A stretch of 64,000 nucleotides of DNA from Chrysomallon squamiferum (lineage: Eukaryota > Animalia > Mollusca), in NCBI GenBank assembly GCA_012295275.1, contig CM022679.1, positions 28,334,001 to 28,398,000 of the forward strand, in the 5' to 3' direction. The position numbers were made by a program, and so were the translations under genes. This document shows positions 1-24,270 of this stretch, piece after piece. The notes below the pieces were generated by a model. It saw only the letters and a program-made list of their open reading frames with translations, did not search any database and was not told the origin of the DNA. Every line of letters starts with the position of its first letter. Positions within the stretch are counted from its first letter, which is position 1.

Positions 1-1499
1 TGTTGATGAAGTTCAGTGAAAAAGCTGTTTTTCAGTGGATCTCTCCTCCTGAGTATCCACTGCTTTACTTTTTAATGTTTGAACAGGTACACCAAACACT
101 GTGGTATGTACTGTCCTGTATAAGGGACACTCTAAACCTTTTCTGTGATTTGGTAAGAGTAGCATCCAGAGTGCTCCTTTCTCTCAACAAAAGAAGTACA
201 AAGATGTTATCAAACATGCGTTTCATACTTTAATCTATTCACATACCAAGCTTCTGTTTCCTATCAGCTATTATTACATACACTGAGATACAGGACATGG
301 TTAAAAAGTATTAATATACTGGAAGTGAGATCTACTATTTTGTTTTGTAAAGTGTTTAAATGGTCAAAACATACAAAGTGCTAAGTTTTAACAGTAAATG
401 TACATTCAGTGTGAAGATACAAAGATACACATTAGTGTCGTGTTCAAAAGTAAAAATCTAGAAAAAATAAACCTTTTATTTCAGTGTTAACAGTTTATAT
501 GAATGCTAAGAAGACGAGAACAAAATTATTTTACAACTGATATGTATAAACAAAGACAGAAAAACCGAAAAAAAACCAAGAATTTTTTAAAATTTAAAAA
601 TGAACTTGTCATACTGTGATAGGATAGTTCTAAATATCGAATGAGAAAAAATAAAACAAAAAACCAGGAACTAAATAAAATAGCAAATGTATTGCCTCAT
701 AATGTTAGTGTAGGACATTAAATACATAAAATAACATAAAATCAATATTAAACTGAGTTTCATAATACATGACAAAGACAGAAGTTATATACATTAATTA
801 AAATTGTGTAATGTATATGTACGTATGAGTGTGTGTGTGTGTGTGAGGTGATATATACAGACAAAAAAAGAGAGAAGCTATAAAGTATATACATATATAT
901 ATCAATATAAATGTAATGCTTAATAAAAATTTTAAAAAAAGAATAAGTATAAATTTGATATTAATTATTAAAAACAATAATCAGTACTTGTTTAGTTTAC
1001 CTAAATGTTAGCCTAACCTTACCCTATCAATGCATTATACATGAAGTATCAAACAATGAAAAAGAGACAAAAACCAACAAACCTTGTAAAACTGTAACAA
1101 TTGGTGAATTTAAGTAGAAAAAAAACATTAAACCCTGAATTGTTTCAAATGATTCATGTAATTTGGAAAATTGTGGTTTAACAAAATGAGAAACCTATAG
1201 TGTAAAAAAAAAGAGAAAAAAAAGAGATAATAATAATAAAAAATTAATAACCACACTCACGAAGAAAGGTCTAAAATGGAATAAATTCACACGTTACTTT
1301 CAGTTAATAATAATAATAATAAAAAAAAAAAAAAAAAAAATAAATTAAATAAAAAAAATGATATATCTAAATCATTATTAATAGAACAATCATAAATTGG
1401 TTTTGAACTCATAAATTGGGAATAAACAAAAAAAAGAAAAAATCCAAGAGAAGGAAATTATTGGTAATATTTTGATATGCATGTTGTGAAGGAATGGAT

Positions 1500-2290
1500 A
1501 AACTGAGTTTTCTGTCTGTAGTGCATGTTAAACTGACAACTGTCTGTAGTGTGTAAAACTGAAACATGTCTATAGTGTTAAACTGTCAATTGTCTGTACT
1601 GACAACTGTCTGTAGTGTGTAAAACTGAAACATGTCTATAATGTGTTAAACTGACAACTGTCTGTAGTGTTAAACTGACAACTGTAGTGTGTAAAACTGA
1701 AACATGTCTGTGTTAAACTGACAATTGTCTGTAGTGTGTAAAACTGAAACATGTCTATAAGGTGTTAAACTGACAAGTGTCTGTAGTGTGTAAAACTGAA
1801 ACGTCTATAGTGTTAAACTGTCAATTGTCTGTAGTGTTAAACTGTCAATTGTCTGTAGTGTTAAACTGACAATTGTCTGTAGTGTGTAAAACTGAAACAT
1901 GTCTATGTGTTGAACTGACAACTGTCTGTAGTGTGTGTAAAACTGAAACATGTCTATAATGTGTTAAACTGACAATTGTCTGTAGTGTTAAACTGACAAC
2001 TGTAGAGTGTAAAACTGAAACATGTCTATAAACTGTTGTTAAAACTGAAAATTGTCTGTAAGTGTTAAAAGTGTCTGTAGTGTGATAGTGTTAAACTGTC
2101 AATTGTCTGTAGTGTTAAACTGTCAATTGTCTGTAGTGTGTGTGACAATTGTCTGTAGTGTGTAAAACTGAAACATGTCATGTGGAACTGACAACTATCT
2201 GTAGTGTGTGTAAAACTGAAACATGTCTATAATGTGTTAAACTGACAATTGTCTGTAGTGTTAAACTGACAACTGTCTGTAGTGTGTGTG
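1500..2290. repeat. Degenerate compound minisatellite, ~24-27 bp units (GTGTTAAACTGACAACTGTCTGTA / GTGTGTAAAACTGAAACATGTCTATA)
   Basis: Directly visible alternating related units. Confidence 0.92.
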
Positions 2291-2346
2291 CTAAATTAAC
2301 AAATGTCAGTAGGATTACATATTCAATTGGGTGAAGACTGGAAAAT

Positions 2347-2818
2347 GTATTAAACAGGCTAATGTCTGTATGGTGTATTAAACAGGCTAATGTCTGTATG
2401 GTGTATTTAACAGGCTAATGTCTGTATGGTGTATTTAACTGGCTAATGTCTGTATGGTGTATTTAACTGGCTAATGTCTGCATGGTGTATTTAACTGGCT
2501 AATGTCTGTATGGTGTATTTAACAGGCTAATGTCTGTATGGTGTATTAAACAGGCTAATGTCTGCATGGTGTATTTAACTGGCTAATGTCTGTATGGTGT
2601 ATTTAACTGGCTAATGTCTGTATGGTGTATTAAACAGGCTAATGTCTGTATGGTGTATTAAACAGGCTAATGTCTGTATGGTGTATTTAACTGGCTAATG
2701 TCTGTATGGTGTATTAAACAGGCTAATGTCTGTATGGTGTATTTAACTGGCTAATGTCTGTATGGTGTATTTAACTGGCTAATGTCTGTATGGTGTATTT
2801 AACTGGCTAATGTCTGTA
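2347..2818. repeat. 28-bp minisatellite, ~17 copies (GTATTWAACWGGCTAATGTCTGTATGGT)
   Basis: Period 28 (unit starts at 2347 and 2375), highly homogeneous. Confidence 0.95.
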
Positions 2819-3082
2819 CAATGTGTTAGTAGGATACATTAAATAGGCTGTCTATATAATGTGTTAATTTGCTTGTCTGTAAGAGGTTTTAAACTGGCTG
2901 ATGTCTGGTGGATTCTATTTGACTGGCAGACAGAAAGAAATCTACACTTCAGTTTTTGTTATCTCTTCAGCAACCTGTAAAAACAAAAATAAAATTTAAA
3001 GAAATGATTAAATCAGTAATTTTAGATAGCAGTAAATATTAAAATATAAATAATTTCTTTCTTGTCATGTACATCTTTATAT

Positions 3083-3134
<52 letters not shown>

Positions 3135-3329
3135 CAGGGCTGGATTTATAGTCATATTTAGAGTTATATTTAACAAGTACTAAGCAGAGAGTAATGTTCA
3201 TAGACTTTCTGACTGACTTTTTTAGCAGTTTTTGTTTTTATTTTATAGATATATCTGACTCTTGCACTGATGTGTGTTTCTGTGAAGTTATATACATACA
3301 CACACAAACACACACACGTATACACACAC

Positions 3330-3361
<32 letters not shown>

Positions 3362-3533
3362 GTATACACACACACATACACACACACACACATACATATA
3401 ACAGCAGTGTTAATTACAAACACAGTTTAATTAAAATGTGATGGAAAAAGAAAGAAACTGAAAAACAATCAAAATCTGAACAAATCAAGATAGAGATTCA
3501 TAACCAACTCATGCATAACATCTATGTTAATTC

Positions 3534-3585
<52 letters not shown>

Positions 3586-5408
3586 ATTTAAATCATGTAA
3601 GTAAATAAAATTTGTGAACATGTTAGGTCAGTATTAACATATTTTATTTGTAAACAGACAAATTCTTGTTAAATTACTTTATGGTGATGTTGTTTACCAG
3701 AGAGTAATTTTTAAATTTAAAGTCAATGGAAAATTATCTTATTATAAATCTGCCATCTTTTGGAATAAATTATTTAAATAATGGAAACAAACTCCAAAAA
3801 TAATAAAGCCTAGGTTACAACTTTGTAATAAAAGTTACATTTTTATTTTTATTTTACCTAAAATCTGCACAGGCATATATAGCAAGTCTTTATAAAACAA
3901 AACATTCATCATGAAAAAGTTTTCTCTTCAGTTTTCACTTATCAATCTGCTCCACTTGATGGCACATTTTTTATAAAAATAATATAATTTATAACTGTAA
4001 ACATATTTTGATGAATTATATATATATATATATTAAAAAACAAATAAAAGGTTTAAAAAATTATTTGTGTGCTATTTTTTCACTAGGATAAATGAAATGT
4101 AAATAATTTGGTTTGTAGAAACTAAAAATAAATGAAGTAATTTTTAAATGGTTTCAGTGAATGTAACTGAATAATAAGCTCAACAGTTTGAAACGTTACT
4201 GAAAGATAAGTAAGACAACTGTAAAAACAACTTAAAAAAAATAAAGTATGAAAATGAAAATAAAATAAATAAAGTAAATAAAGTAAATAAATAAATATAT
4301 AATAATAATAAAAGAAGAAGAAGAAGAAGAAGAAGAAGAATTTTAATATTAAATTTAAGTTGATAAATGTATATTTTAAAAAATGGAAAAGGACACATAC
4401 TCAATGTACTATGAATTACAATTTTAAGAACATATTTTAAATCTTATTAAATTTTTTGCTTTTTATTCGGAATAAATAGAAACAAATTATAAAAAAAATT
4501 TTTTTAGGACCAGGCTAGATGGGAAAATGATACAATTATACTTCCTGTTTACAGAAGGATGGTTTCACATTGTTATTTGTTTTGATTTCCATTTATAAAT
4601 CTATTTTGTAAATTTAATCTATGAGAAATTTAAAATTTAATTCATAAAGATTATAGTCATAATGAAATATAAAAGTTTGTAAATTTATTCTAGGTATGAG
4701 AAATTTAAAATTTAATTATAAAAAATTATAATCGTAATAAAACATAAGATTCCCATCCATTAGAAAAACAAAGAAAAGAAAATACAATAAGAAAACTATG
4801 TTTATCTATTTAGGTTCACCAAAACCATGAAAAATAACAGTGTGCTAGTTAAGATGGCAAAATGGAAATGAACTTGGTGTATTTCTAACATTACATTTGC
4901 TTTTCAAATAAATCTAATGAACAAAATTATTATAATTTATTTTTCAAATCTAAAGATAAAGAAACTGAAAATCAAACAGAAAAATTTATTGAGAAAAAAA
5001 ACAAATTGAAAAGAGGAAAATTTGGAATCCAATCCTCAAACTATTTCAAAAATCATTTCTTACTGTAACTTGTATTGGTTTGAGCCCCTTAAATATGCTG
5101 AATAAAAATAAGTATTAAAATGAATTATTTGAATATTTGAAATAACCGTCAGAATTTAGCAACTAATGTTTCCAAATTGATTTATTACTGTTTGGTTATT
5201 TCTAAATTAGTTTATAGCAAGCATTCATAGAAATGGAATAAAATTTATTTATTTGGGAAAATGTCTGATACAAAATTTTATAAAAATTCTTTTGAAAGAA
5301 AAAATCCAATAAAAAAAAACAAAACAAAAACATTATAATAAAAATAATGTATATAATTATACTAAAATAAATAAATAAATAACAATAACAATAACAATAA
5401 TAACAATC

Positions 5409-5453
<45 letters not shown>

Positions 5454-8400
5454 TTAATAATAATAATAATAACCAATAACAGCAACAACAAAACAACATA
5501 AAAAAAAAAAATAATCAATGAAAAACAATTTAAAAAGAAATAAATAAAACAAAAAAGAGGAAACTGATAAATAAAAAATAAAATATACATCTGCATGAAC
5601 TTAACTCTGGTGTCAGTGCTCATGTTGCTAAAAAGTAACTGAATGATTAAAATCACTCTGTGTAAATGAAGAAAGGTTGTTACTGCTATTTCATGAAGGC
5701 TGAAAGCAACTCTACTTGTTTTCTACAGCCTGGCAACATGCACTGAAAAACAAAACACTTCTCAAAACAAAACTTCACTCAGGTCCAATGCTTAGTAAAA
5801 CTGGTGGCTGTAAAACATGGTGATTATTGAAAACTTGCAAACTCACCTTTTCCCCATTTTTCTTTATGAAGAGAAAAAAAAAAAACAGAAATAAAGTCTG
5901 AGTTGAAACACTGCAGAAAACACATCAGGAAAGAAACACAATTAAATAATCACTTAGAATTGTTAAACACATAATATTAAACACAGTGGAAAATAATTGT
6001 TATTTTCAAACGCATTTTCAAGGAAACAAACGTAATCATACATCACTACTAGAGGTGTTGTCAAACACAGTGGGAAACACAAGCAAACACATTCAAACAC
6101 AGCATAACACACGATGAGACAATTATACCTAGAACTGTCAACCGCTTTCTGGAAGCACAACCTGCCGTATCGCCTAATGAAAGAAACAAAATTAAAAAGC
6201 AAACAGAAAAAAAGACAAAAAGACAACCAAAGAAAACAAAAAAGAAGACAAAGAAATATTCATCTTAAGAAAAAAATTCAATAAATAAATCCAACAAGAA
6301 ACCAAAACCAATAAAAAACAACAAATAAACATCATCAAAACCAAACAGGTTTAGACACAAAAATATGTTTAAACAATTATTAAATTTTAAAAATTATGTA
6401 ACAAACTAACATCTAAAAAAAATATAAAGGTAGAAAAACAAAGAATGTGTTTACCTGTTCATACAATAACTTTCATATTTACTGACAATAATTAGGACTT
6501 TAATGATTTTTATTTTAACTGATGAAGGAAATGTTTCAAAGTGGAATAAAATGCTGTGTAAATTATTTACACTTATTTTATAAGAAATCGTAAGACCAAG
6601 CAACCAAATGATGATAATACATTTTAAAAGTAATTCAAGAAGTATGGAGATTGTTATAATAATTTATTTTACATTTTTTTTTATATCTACAATTGTGTGT
6701 GTGTCTGTATGTTTGTGTGTTTGAATGTGTGTTTGTGTATGTGGACAGCAAATAATTATTCATTAATAAAGAAAACCAAACAAAATGTCTGTTAGTCTGT
6801 TCATCTTTCATTGTATGAAGTCACAACAAACAACAGCCTTCCTGCCTGTCTTGTAGTTTATTGTTCTTTACTAGCAGTGAAGACTGGTGAAACATTCTTA
6901 TGTGCACAAAGTGCATTTGGATAATTTCTTCATACTGTAATGTTTAACTGAATGATTCAACTAAAACATAATCATTTAAAGATTAAGTCTACTACTTGGT
7001 AATTTAGAAAGAGGTGAACTGTGAATTACTGGATGATACTAGCTGAATGAAATGTGACTGGGCTGTAGTTTTAATGAAAAACACAACCAGTGTGGCACAT
7101 TAACAAGTCAGTTATTTGTAGCAGAACAAAGGAAGCATATTTTTATTTTTTCAGTTGACTGAATTCTGGTTTTATTACAATACTCGCTTACTCAGAAGTA
7201 TCATGTTTAAAGAACAGGACTAAAAATTTAAATCTAATTTACAAACTGTTCTTTCAAATTAGCTGATGTTATTTTTACTGATATTCAGTTTCATTTTGGA
7301 TCTTATTTTTTTATATTTTAACTAACACTTTATACTTGAAGTGTTGAAACATTTTTCCTTTGATTAAGTAGATTGTTGTGTAAAAGAATTAATTATTTAT
7401 CAAGCAGGTAAAAATAACTACACAACTAACAACTATTAGTCATTCCTAGTTAGTGAAAATTACAAAACCTTACACAGAAAATTCATCTTGAAAACACATT
7501 ATGGTAGAGTGTTGTTTTGATGTTTCTATCAATTCAGTATCCAACATTAGGGCATGATGATTTTCTTGTTTTCAGGACATGTATATTCAAAATACTTTTT
7601 CATCTGATGTTTTTAGAAGATGTATATATAAAATACCTTTTCATCTGATGATCATAATATTTTTGTTTTTAATATGCTGATCTCACTGAATATTTTATAG
7701 GGTACTATATTTAAGAATTTTTACTACAGGCTGAATAATATCTGATAAGAGATATATTGTGTGTTGTACTGACATGCCAAACACTGAGTTTCATCTTTAT
7801 TATTTACATGTAGCTAACAAATTTCATACAAACTAACATCTGTGTGTGAATCTGCAGAGATAAACTGTTACAACATTCAGCTGAGTGAGTTTGGTTCAGG
7901 TTAGCTGTGTCTTGTTAAAAGACACAATTCTAAGATGTCTGTACTGAAATCATGTGACTCATATAACAAAGAAACTGTTTTTAAAAAGAGTTGCAGAGAA
8001 ATTAAAAGTCACAAGATTATTTTAATCAGCTTTTTGCAAAATAATAGAAGTTCTGAGAAAAAACATTTCTTTTAAGACAAAAAATATAAAATAAAAATAA
8101 TAATAATAAAAATCAAAAATTAAAATTAAAAACACAACATTTATTTAATTTTTAATTAATTTATTAATTAATTTATTTTTTTTAAATATTTTAGTGAATT
8201 CTTTTACATTATTTATTTTGATTTGTTTTTATCATGAAGGTAAGTATATCTAGCAGTGTTCTAAAATAAATATAGCTCAAAATTTACTTGGTGTTCAAAA
8301 CACACACAGAGAGAATAAACTGATACATCAAGATCTTCATCAGAAAAAATATCAACTATCAAATCTTTTTTTTTATCAATCTCTTGATTTTACCAGGAAC

Positions 8401-9299
8401 CCCTCCTAAAACTGCCCCAAAATCAAACTTACTTTGGCATTTAGATAGGTAAAAATAATAAAATAAAAATTATAGATAAATCTATTCTAAAACAAAAGTG
8501 CTTTTCTAAACAACACAATTAATTTAATTTATAGTAAAGAGGAAAAGATCTGAATATAAGTAATTATTGATAAGTAAAATATGAAAATATATGATCAGAA
8601 AGGGTCTCAAGTTCTGGACACTGGCCATCAATTAACCAGTCACAGAACATAAAGCAATTTTGTTAAAAGTAACTCTGAACTGTTATTTTTTAATTCAAAT
8701 TTTTTTTATCATTAATTCCATAAACATGAAAATATTCTATTCTACAAAATAATTCAATTATAGACAATAAAAGTAATGTAATTTTCATATGATTTAGTAT
8801 TCATTGATTAACATAATTTTTAAATGATGAACAAATACCAGAAAATAATTTGCTATTCAAACATGAATGTTTTAATTGTTTACTTCATTAAAGAAAAAGT
8901 TTTAAAAAATTTATAAAAAAAGAGATTATATTTGTATAAAAATATACATGTAATAAATAGCCTATCTATTGTTGTACTGTCTATATGTACCACTGAAATG
9001 ACTATCAAAATGTCTATTTTCTAATAAAATTCAAAAATACAAATTATATAAACATATTTATAGAAACAAAAAGAAAATATTGATATAGTAAAAGATACAT
9101 CAAATATATAAAGTCAGAAATCAAAAAGAGTAAACTATGTTTCAGATAAAAAGATATCAACTTTCTCCAAATATTCTTTTCACTTTAACACAAAAGTAAA
9201 TCTTCAAAAAGTTTTAGACATCCATAATATTTGTAATATTTAATTTTATACACTAATACAGGACTATTATTTATACAATATTACATAAAATATATTTGT

Positions 9300-9700
9300 A
9301 ATATATTTAGTGTTTACATAAATTTTATATAACTATTTATTCACTTTAATGTTACAGTGTATGTAAACTTTATGCAACTAAAATGTTATATAATTATGTT
9401 TATAACTATTTTCTGGTACAGATCATGTAAACTATATGTAACTATTTATTCACTAGTACAGTTTATGCAAGCATGTAACTTTATACAACTATTTATTCAT
9501 TGGTAAATTTATGTAAATTTTATGTAACACTTACAGTTTATATAAACTTTATAATCACTGGTGTTCTTTCTTGTAATGTTTTTGTACCATTATTCAGTTA
9601 TTATTAGAACTGTTTACACAAATTTAAAAAAGTTTTCATTTAACTGTATTGTTTATAAAAATCTTTGTACATCTATTCTTTTATTCACTGGTATATTTTT
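9300..9700. repeat. Old degenerate AT-rich tandem repeat (core ACTTTATRTAACTATTTATTCACT)
   Basis: Recurring TAACTATTTATTCACT-like cores. Boundaries approximate. Confidence 0.55.
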
Positions 9701-11224
9701 TTGAAAAAAAAAAGAATAAAGTATTGTATACATAGTTATATAGGTAACAGCATTAGAGCTTTGTACATTTATTCATTCTATGAGTTTTTATTTTAACAAT
9801 ATTTAATTATTAATATACTCTGTTACAATCATGCATGATTATTCATTCAATGACATTTTTGTAATTGTACAATTTATGTTACAAACGTGTGTGATTATTC
9901 ATTCCTTGATATTTTTACCCAATCTTTATACAACATTCTTATTCACTGTTAGTTATATTGTTATAATCTTCAATAATTATTTACGTTTATTAAAAAATTC
10001 TTAGTCCAAATATTCATAATTGAAATTTGCATATTCAGTTAGTCATTGTGTCGTTTTAATATTATTCAGTCATATTTTTTAGTAATTTATTTTTTCCTCA
10101 TTAGTTTTCATTTTTATTCATTAGAAAATATGAATGATTTATACAATTTATATATAAAAGTATTATTATTATATTTGTTTTTGTATGTATTAATTTGATG
10201 AATATGAATTTTGAGAAAAAAAATTAAAAATTCTTCAGTTAGGATATATTATTATTATTTTATATGGAAAATGTTCCTCACATTCAATATCTTTGTTTTT
10301 AATTATTAAATTAATTAAAGACATTTTTTTCTTTGTCAACTGTTTACTAAATAATTTATATTTACTAAATATTCAGAAATCAATGCATTTATATTTTTTT
10401 GAAAAAGATTGTAGAGTTTATAAATAATAATTTTTCTTTTTACTCTTATTTTTATATCATAATTATTGTGTAATTGTACAGCTAATACCATTCACAAATT
10501 GTTATTCATGTTGTTTTCTGAAACATTTTCATTTTGATACATATAATCGAATTAAAATCAAATTATCCTCATCAGAAATGATTTTTAAATTTTCATTCTG
10601 AATTAATACAACAGCAACACATTAAAAATATGAAAAAAAAAATATGTAAACATAAAAAGTACTAAAAATATGAATAATAATCAAAAATTATCAAAAATTA
10701 AAGTCATTACTTGTTCCATTTTAATTATGGGGAACTAAGCTATGAAAAAAAGATATAGATAAACAAATATCATTAGTTTAAAAAATAATTCTAATTAAAT
10801 TAGAAAAACTGAAATAATAATAATACAAAAACACCTGTACACACAAAACAGGAAGAAACCAATTATAAATACATATTACAAGAAATAAATAAAAATATTA
10901 AGTTAATAATACAAATGGTAAGACAGGCAAAATGAATTAAGAAATTCTGTTTATAGTGTGGCATGTTTTAGTGGTTAGTATCACCGTGCCATTAACCAAT
11001 CACATTAAAAAGCACAACTACAGTATTACACATGAATGTTATTTCTTTGACTAGAAAACATTTATTAGAACTGCACATAAAAAAAAAAGAAGCTTCACAA
11101 CTGTTAGAAGAAGTCACCGAAGCAGAATGAAGTAAAAACACTACAAGCAACATCTACGTCTACAAAGTTAAATCTAGCTGAGAAACACAAACATGCTGAT
11201 TGGCTGTGCATGCAGGTCATATGA

Positions 11225-21953
<10,729 letters not shown>

Positions 21954-22608
21954 TTATGTCAAATTAAAAAATATAATTTATCCTTCAAATGCCATGGCGC
22001 CATTGTTCTCTATCCTGTTGATATCTCCTACGTTGTTTCTGAAGCACTCACCAATTCATCGCATCCTTCCCGAACACGAATATTTATGTTTCGTGAAAAC
22101 TGAAATAAAGATTTACTTCAAAAATATGATAAATTCTAATTATATAGATATAATCAGTCATTTTCTAATTAAATGATGCCTAAAAAAAAATTGAATATAA
22201 TTTGCTAAATCGTTGAGAATTTCTTTCGCGTCGACGTTTTGTTTTAGATTTAATAATAATAATAACAACAACAACAACAACAACAACAACTACAACAACA
22301 GCAACAACAACAACAAAAATAATATTTGTAAGATGGGAAATATCAAGTAAACTTTTTTATTAGAAATCAAAGTCGGTGTTAGTATTGTTCTCCAAGTTTC
22401 TTTTATACAATATTTCATTGGATCTTTTTTCAAACGGTTTCATTGGCTGATGAGCTATAGTGTATACATTATTCGATCCTTTCCCTTCATATTTAAAATG
22501 TTATGTATATTTTATTTATTTCAACAAACATTATGAAACTGGTTCGCTGATGCAAAGCTGGGATTTACCACCTTACTAAGTATGCCACTCAAACGGGTTT
22601 TCCTTTAT

Positions 22609-22627
22609 AACGTCGCTAGGCGACGTT
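22609..22627. promoter_or_regulatory. Palindrome AACGTCGC-TAG-GCGACGTT (X-box-like GTCGCTAGGCGAC) upstream of SEC14L1
   Basis: Perfect 8-bp arms with a 3-nt spacer in the CpG-rich region ~700 bp upstream of the ATG. A CRE-like TGACGTA lies ~20 bp away. Confidence 0.35.
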
Positions 22628-22658
22628 GCGATTTCTGATCCATGTGACGTACGTGAAA

Positions 22659-22698
<40 letters not shown>

Positions 22699-22859
22699 TT
22701 AATGTATTTATTATTTTCAATAATGTATCTCTTTATGCATGATTATCCTATTTTATAATTTGTAAAATCTTTGGCTGTGTTGTTCCTGGACTCTTAAAAC
22801 TATATGTTTTATGTAAATGTTTTTGTCAACCAAAACTTTTACTAATTATGGTCTCTAGT

Positions 22860-22861
<2 letters not shown>

Positions 22862-22917
<56 letters not shown>
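22862..22917. repeat. (CA)n microsatellite
   Basis: Perfect run. Others at 3087-3131 (TG), 16248-16293 and 61881-61936. Confidence 0.95.
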
Positions 22918-22918
<1 letters not shown>

Positions 22919-23934
22919 AGTCTAATATTACAGAATACAATTTTGAAATCTGTTCACGTTAACCGTTATTTTGTTTACAAAACAGTCTGAACTATGACAG
23001 CTGGTCCAGTGATTTTTTTATATCATTGTATTATAGATTGTTATTACTCAAAATGTGAGTTTTGTTCTGTGTGAATGACTGACATATATCTGCGTTCTAT
23101 AACAGAACATTGTTAATTTATCACGGAAAACACAACTGTCTCGCGTGTTATATCAAACTGCCAATCAGTCTCTGTGTACTGGGATCGGTTCCCGCTAACA
23201 AACTGTTTTTAAACGATAACATTGTTACTTCACTTTTAAAAATAGCTAACCATCTAACATACTAACACTACAACACACTTCTTTTGCCGTTACATACCAC
23301 ATTCTAAGACTGTCTCGATGAAATATGTTTCTGAATTATCAGTGGTAGTACAAATAGTAACTGTTTAACTTTTAAATGTGAATGACTGGTTTACTGATGT
23401 TGCAGGAAATATGTAGCAGAAGAAAAAAACAATAAGAGGAATCAGTGCATTTTTGTGAATTCAGGAAAAAAAAGAGAAAAGAAAAAAAAGTTCAAAACAT
23501 TGTTTGGCTATTCTTTTATGATTCATTCACAACATCATGAAATATATTTAGAAATTTTAATGAATGAAAATTCATATTTTTTTATTTTTCTTATTATTTA
23601 AGACACTAGGATTGTTAGTAAGAAACTGTAACAAAGCAAATAATAATAATAATATTGTGAAAATTGAAATACATAAAATAAATAAATAAGTAAATATATA
23701 AAATAAAAATAAAAAGTAATAAATAAATAAATAAAGAAAGAAAGAAAGAAAGAAGAAATATATAAAATTATTCTCCATCAGTGCTGACACCCAATGGTCA
23801 GAATGATATAATAAAGTAACGTACTTGGACTAACATTAGCATGTGTGTGTACATCCGTGTGTATATGCGTGTGCGTCTCTATAATTGTATATGTGTGTTT
23901 GTCTCCAAGATTGTGCCTCTTTCTGTGTGTATGT

Positions 23935-24270
23935 ATACTGTGTGTGTCTGTGTGTTTGTGTGACTGTGTATTTGCATGAGTGTATGTCTCTGTATGTCTG
24001 TGTGTGTCTGTGTGTATGTATGTATGTGTGTTTGCATGGGTTTGTGTCTGTGTGTTTGTGTGACTGTGTATTTGCATGGGTGTATGTCTGTGTGTGTATG
24101 TGTGTGACTGGGTGTTTGGCTGACTGTAAATGCATGGGTGTATGTCTGTGTGTTTGTGTGACTGTGTAAATGCATGGGTGTATGTGTGTGTAAATGTGTG
24201 TCTGTGTGTTTGTGTGACTGTGTAAATGCATGGGTGTATGTCTGTGTGTGTAAATGTGTGTGTCTGTTTG
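23935..24270. repeat. TG-derived higher-order minisatellite (TGTGTTTGTGTGACTGTGTAWWTGCATGGGTGTATGTCTG)
   Basis: Recurring ~40-bp motif embedded in degenerate (TG)n. Confidence 0.8.

Noticed and set aside
3-233. 76-aa plus-strand ORF at the window start
   Set aside because: No recognisable domain. Minus-strand frames also close within ~55 codons, so no CDS can be supported.
3170-3430. CVCV/HTHT ORFs (also 13801-14678, 23778-24231, 36254-36544, 44566-45074, 58707-59120)
   Set aside because: Translations of (CA/TG)n microsatellites with no coding signal.
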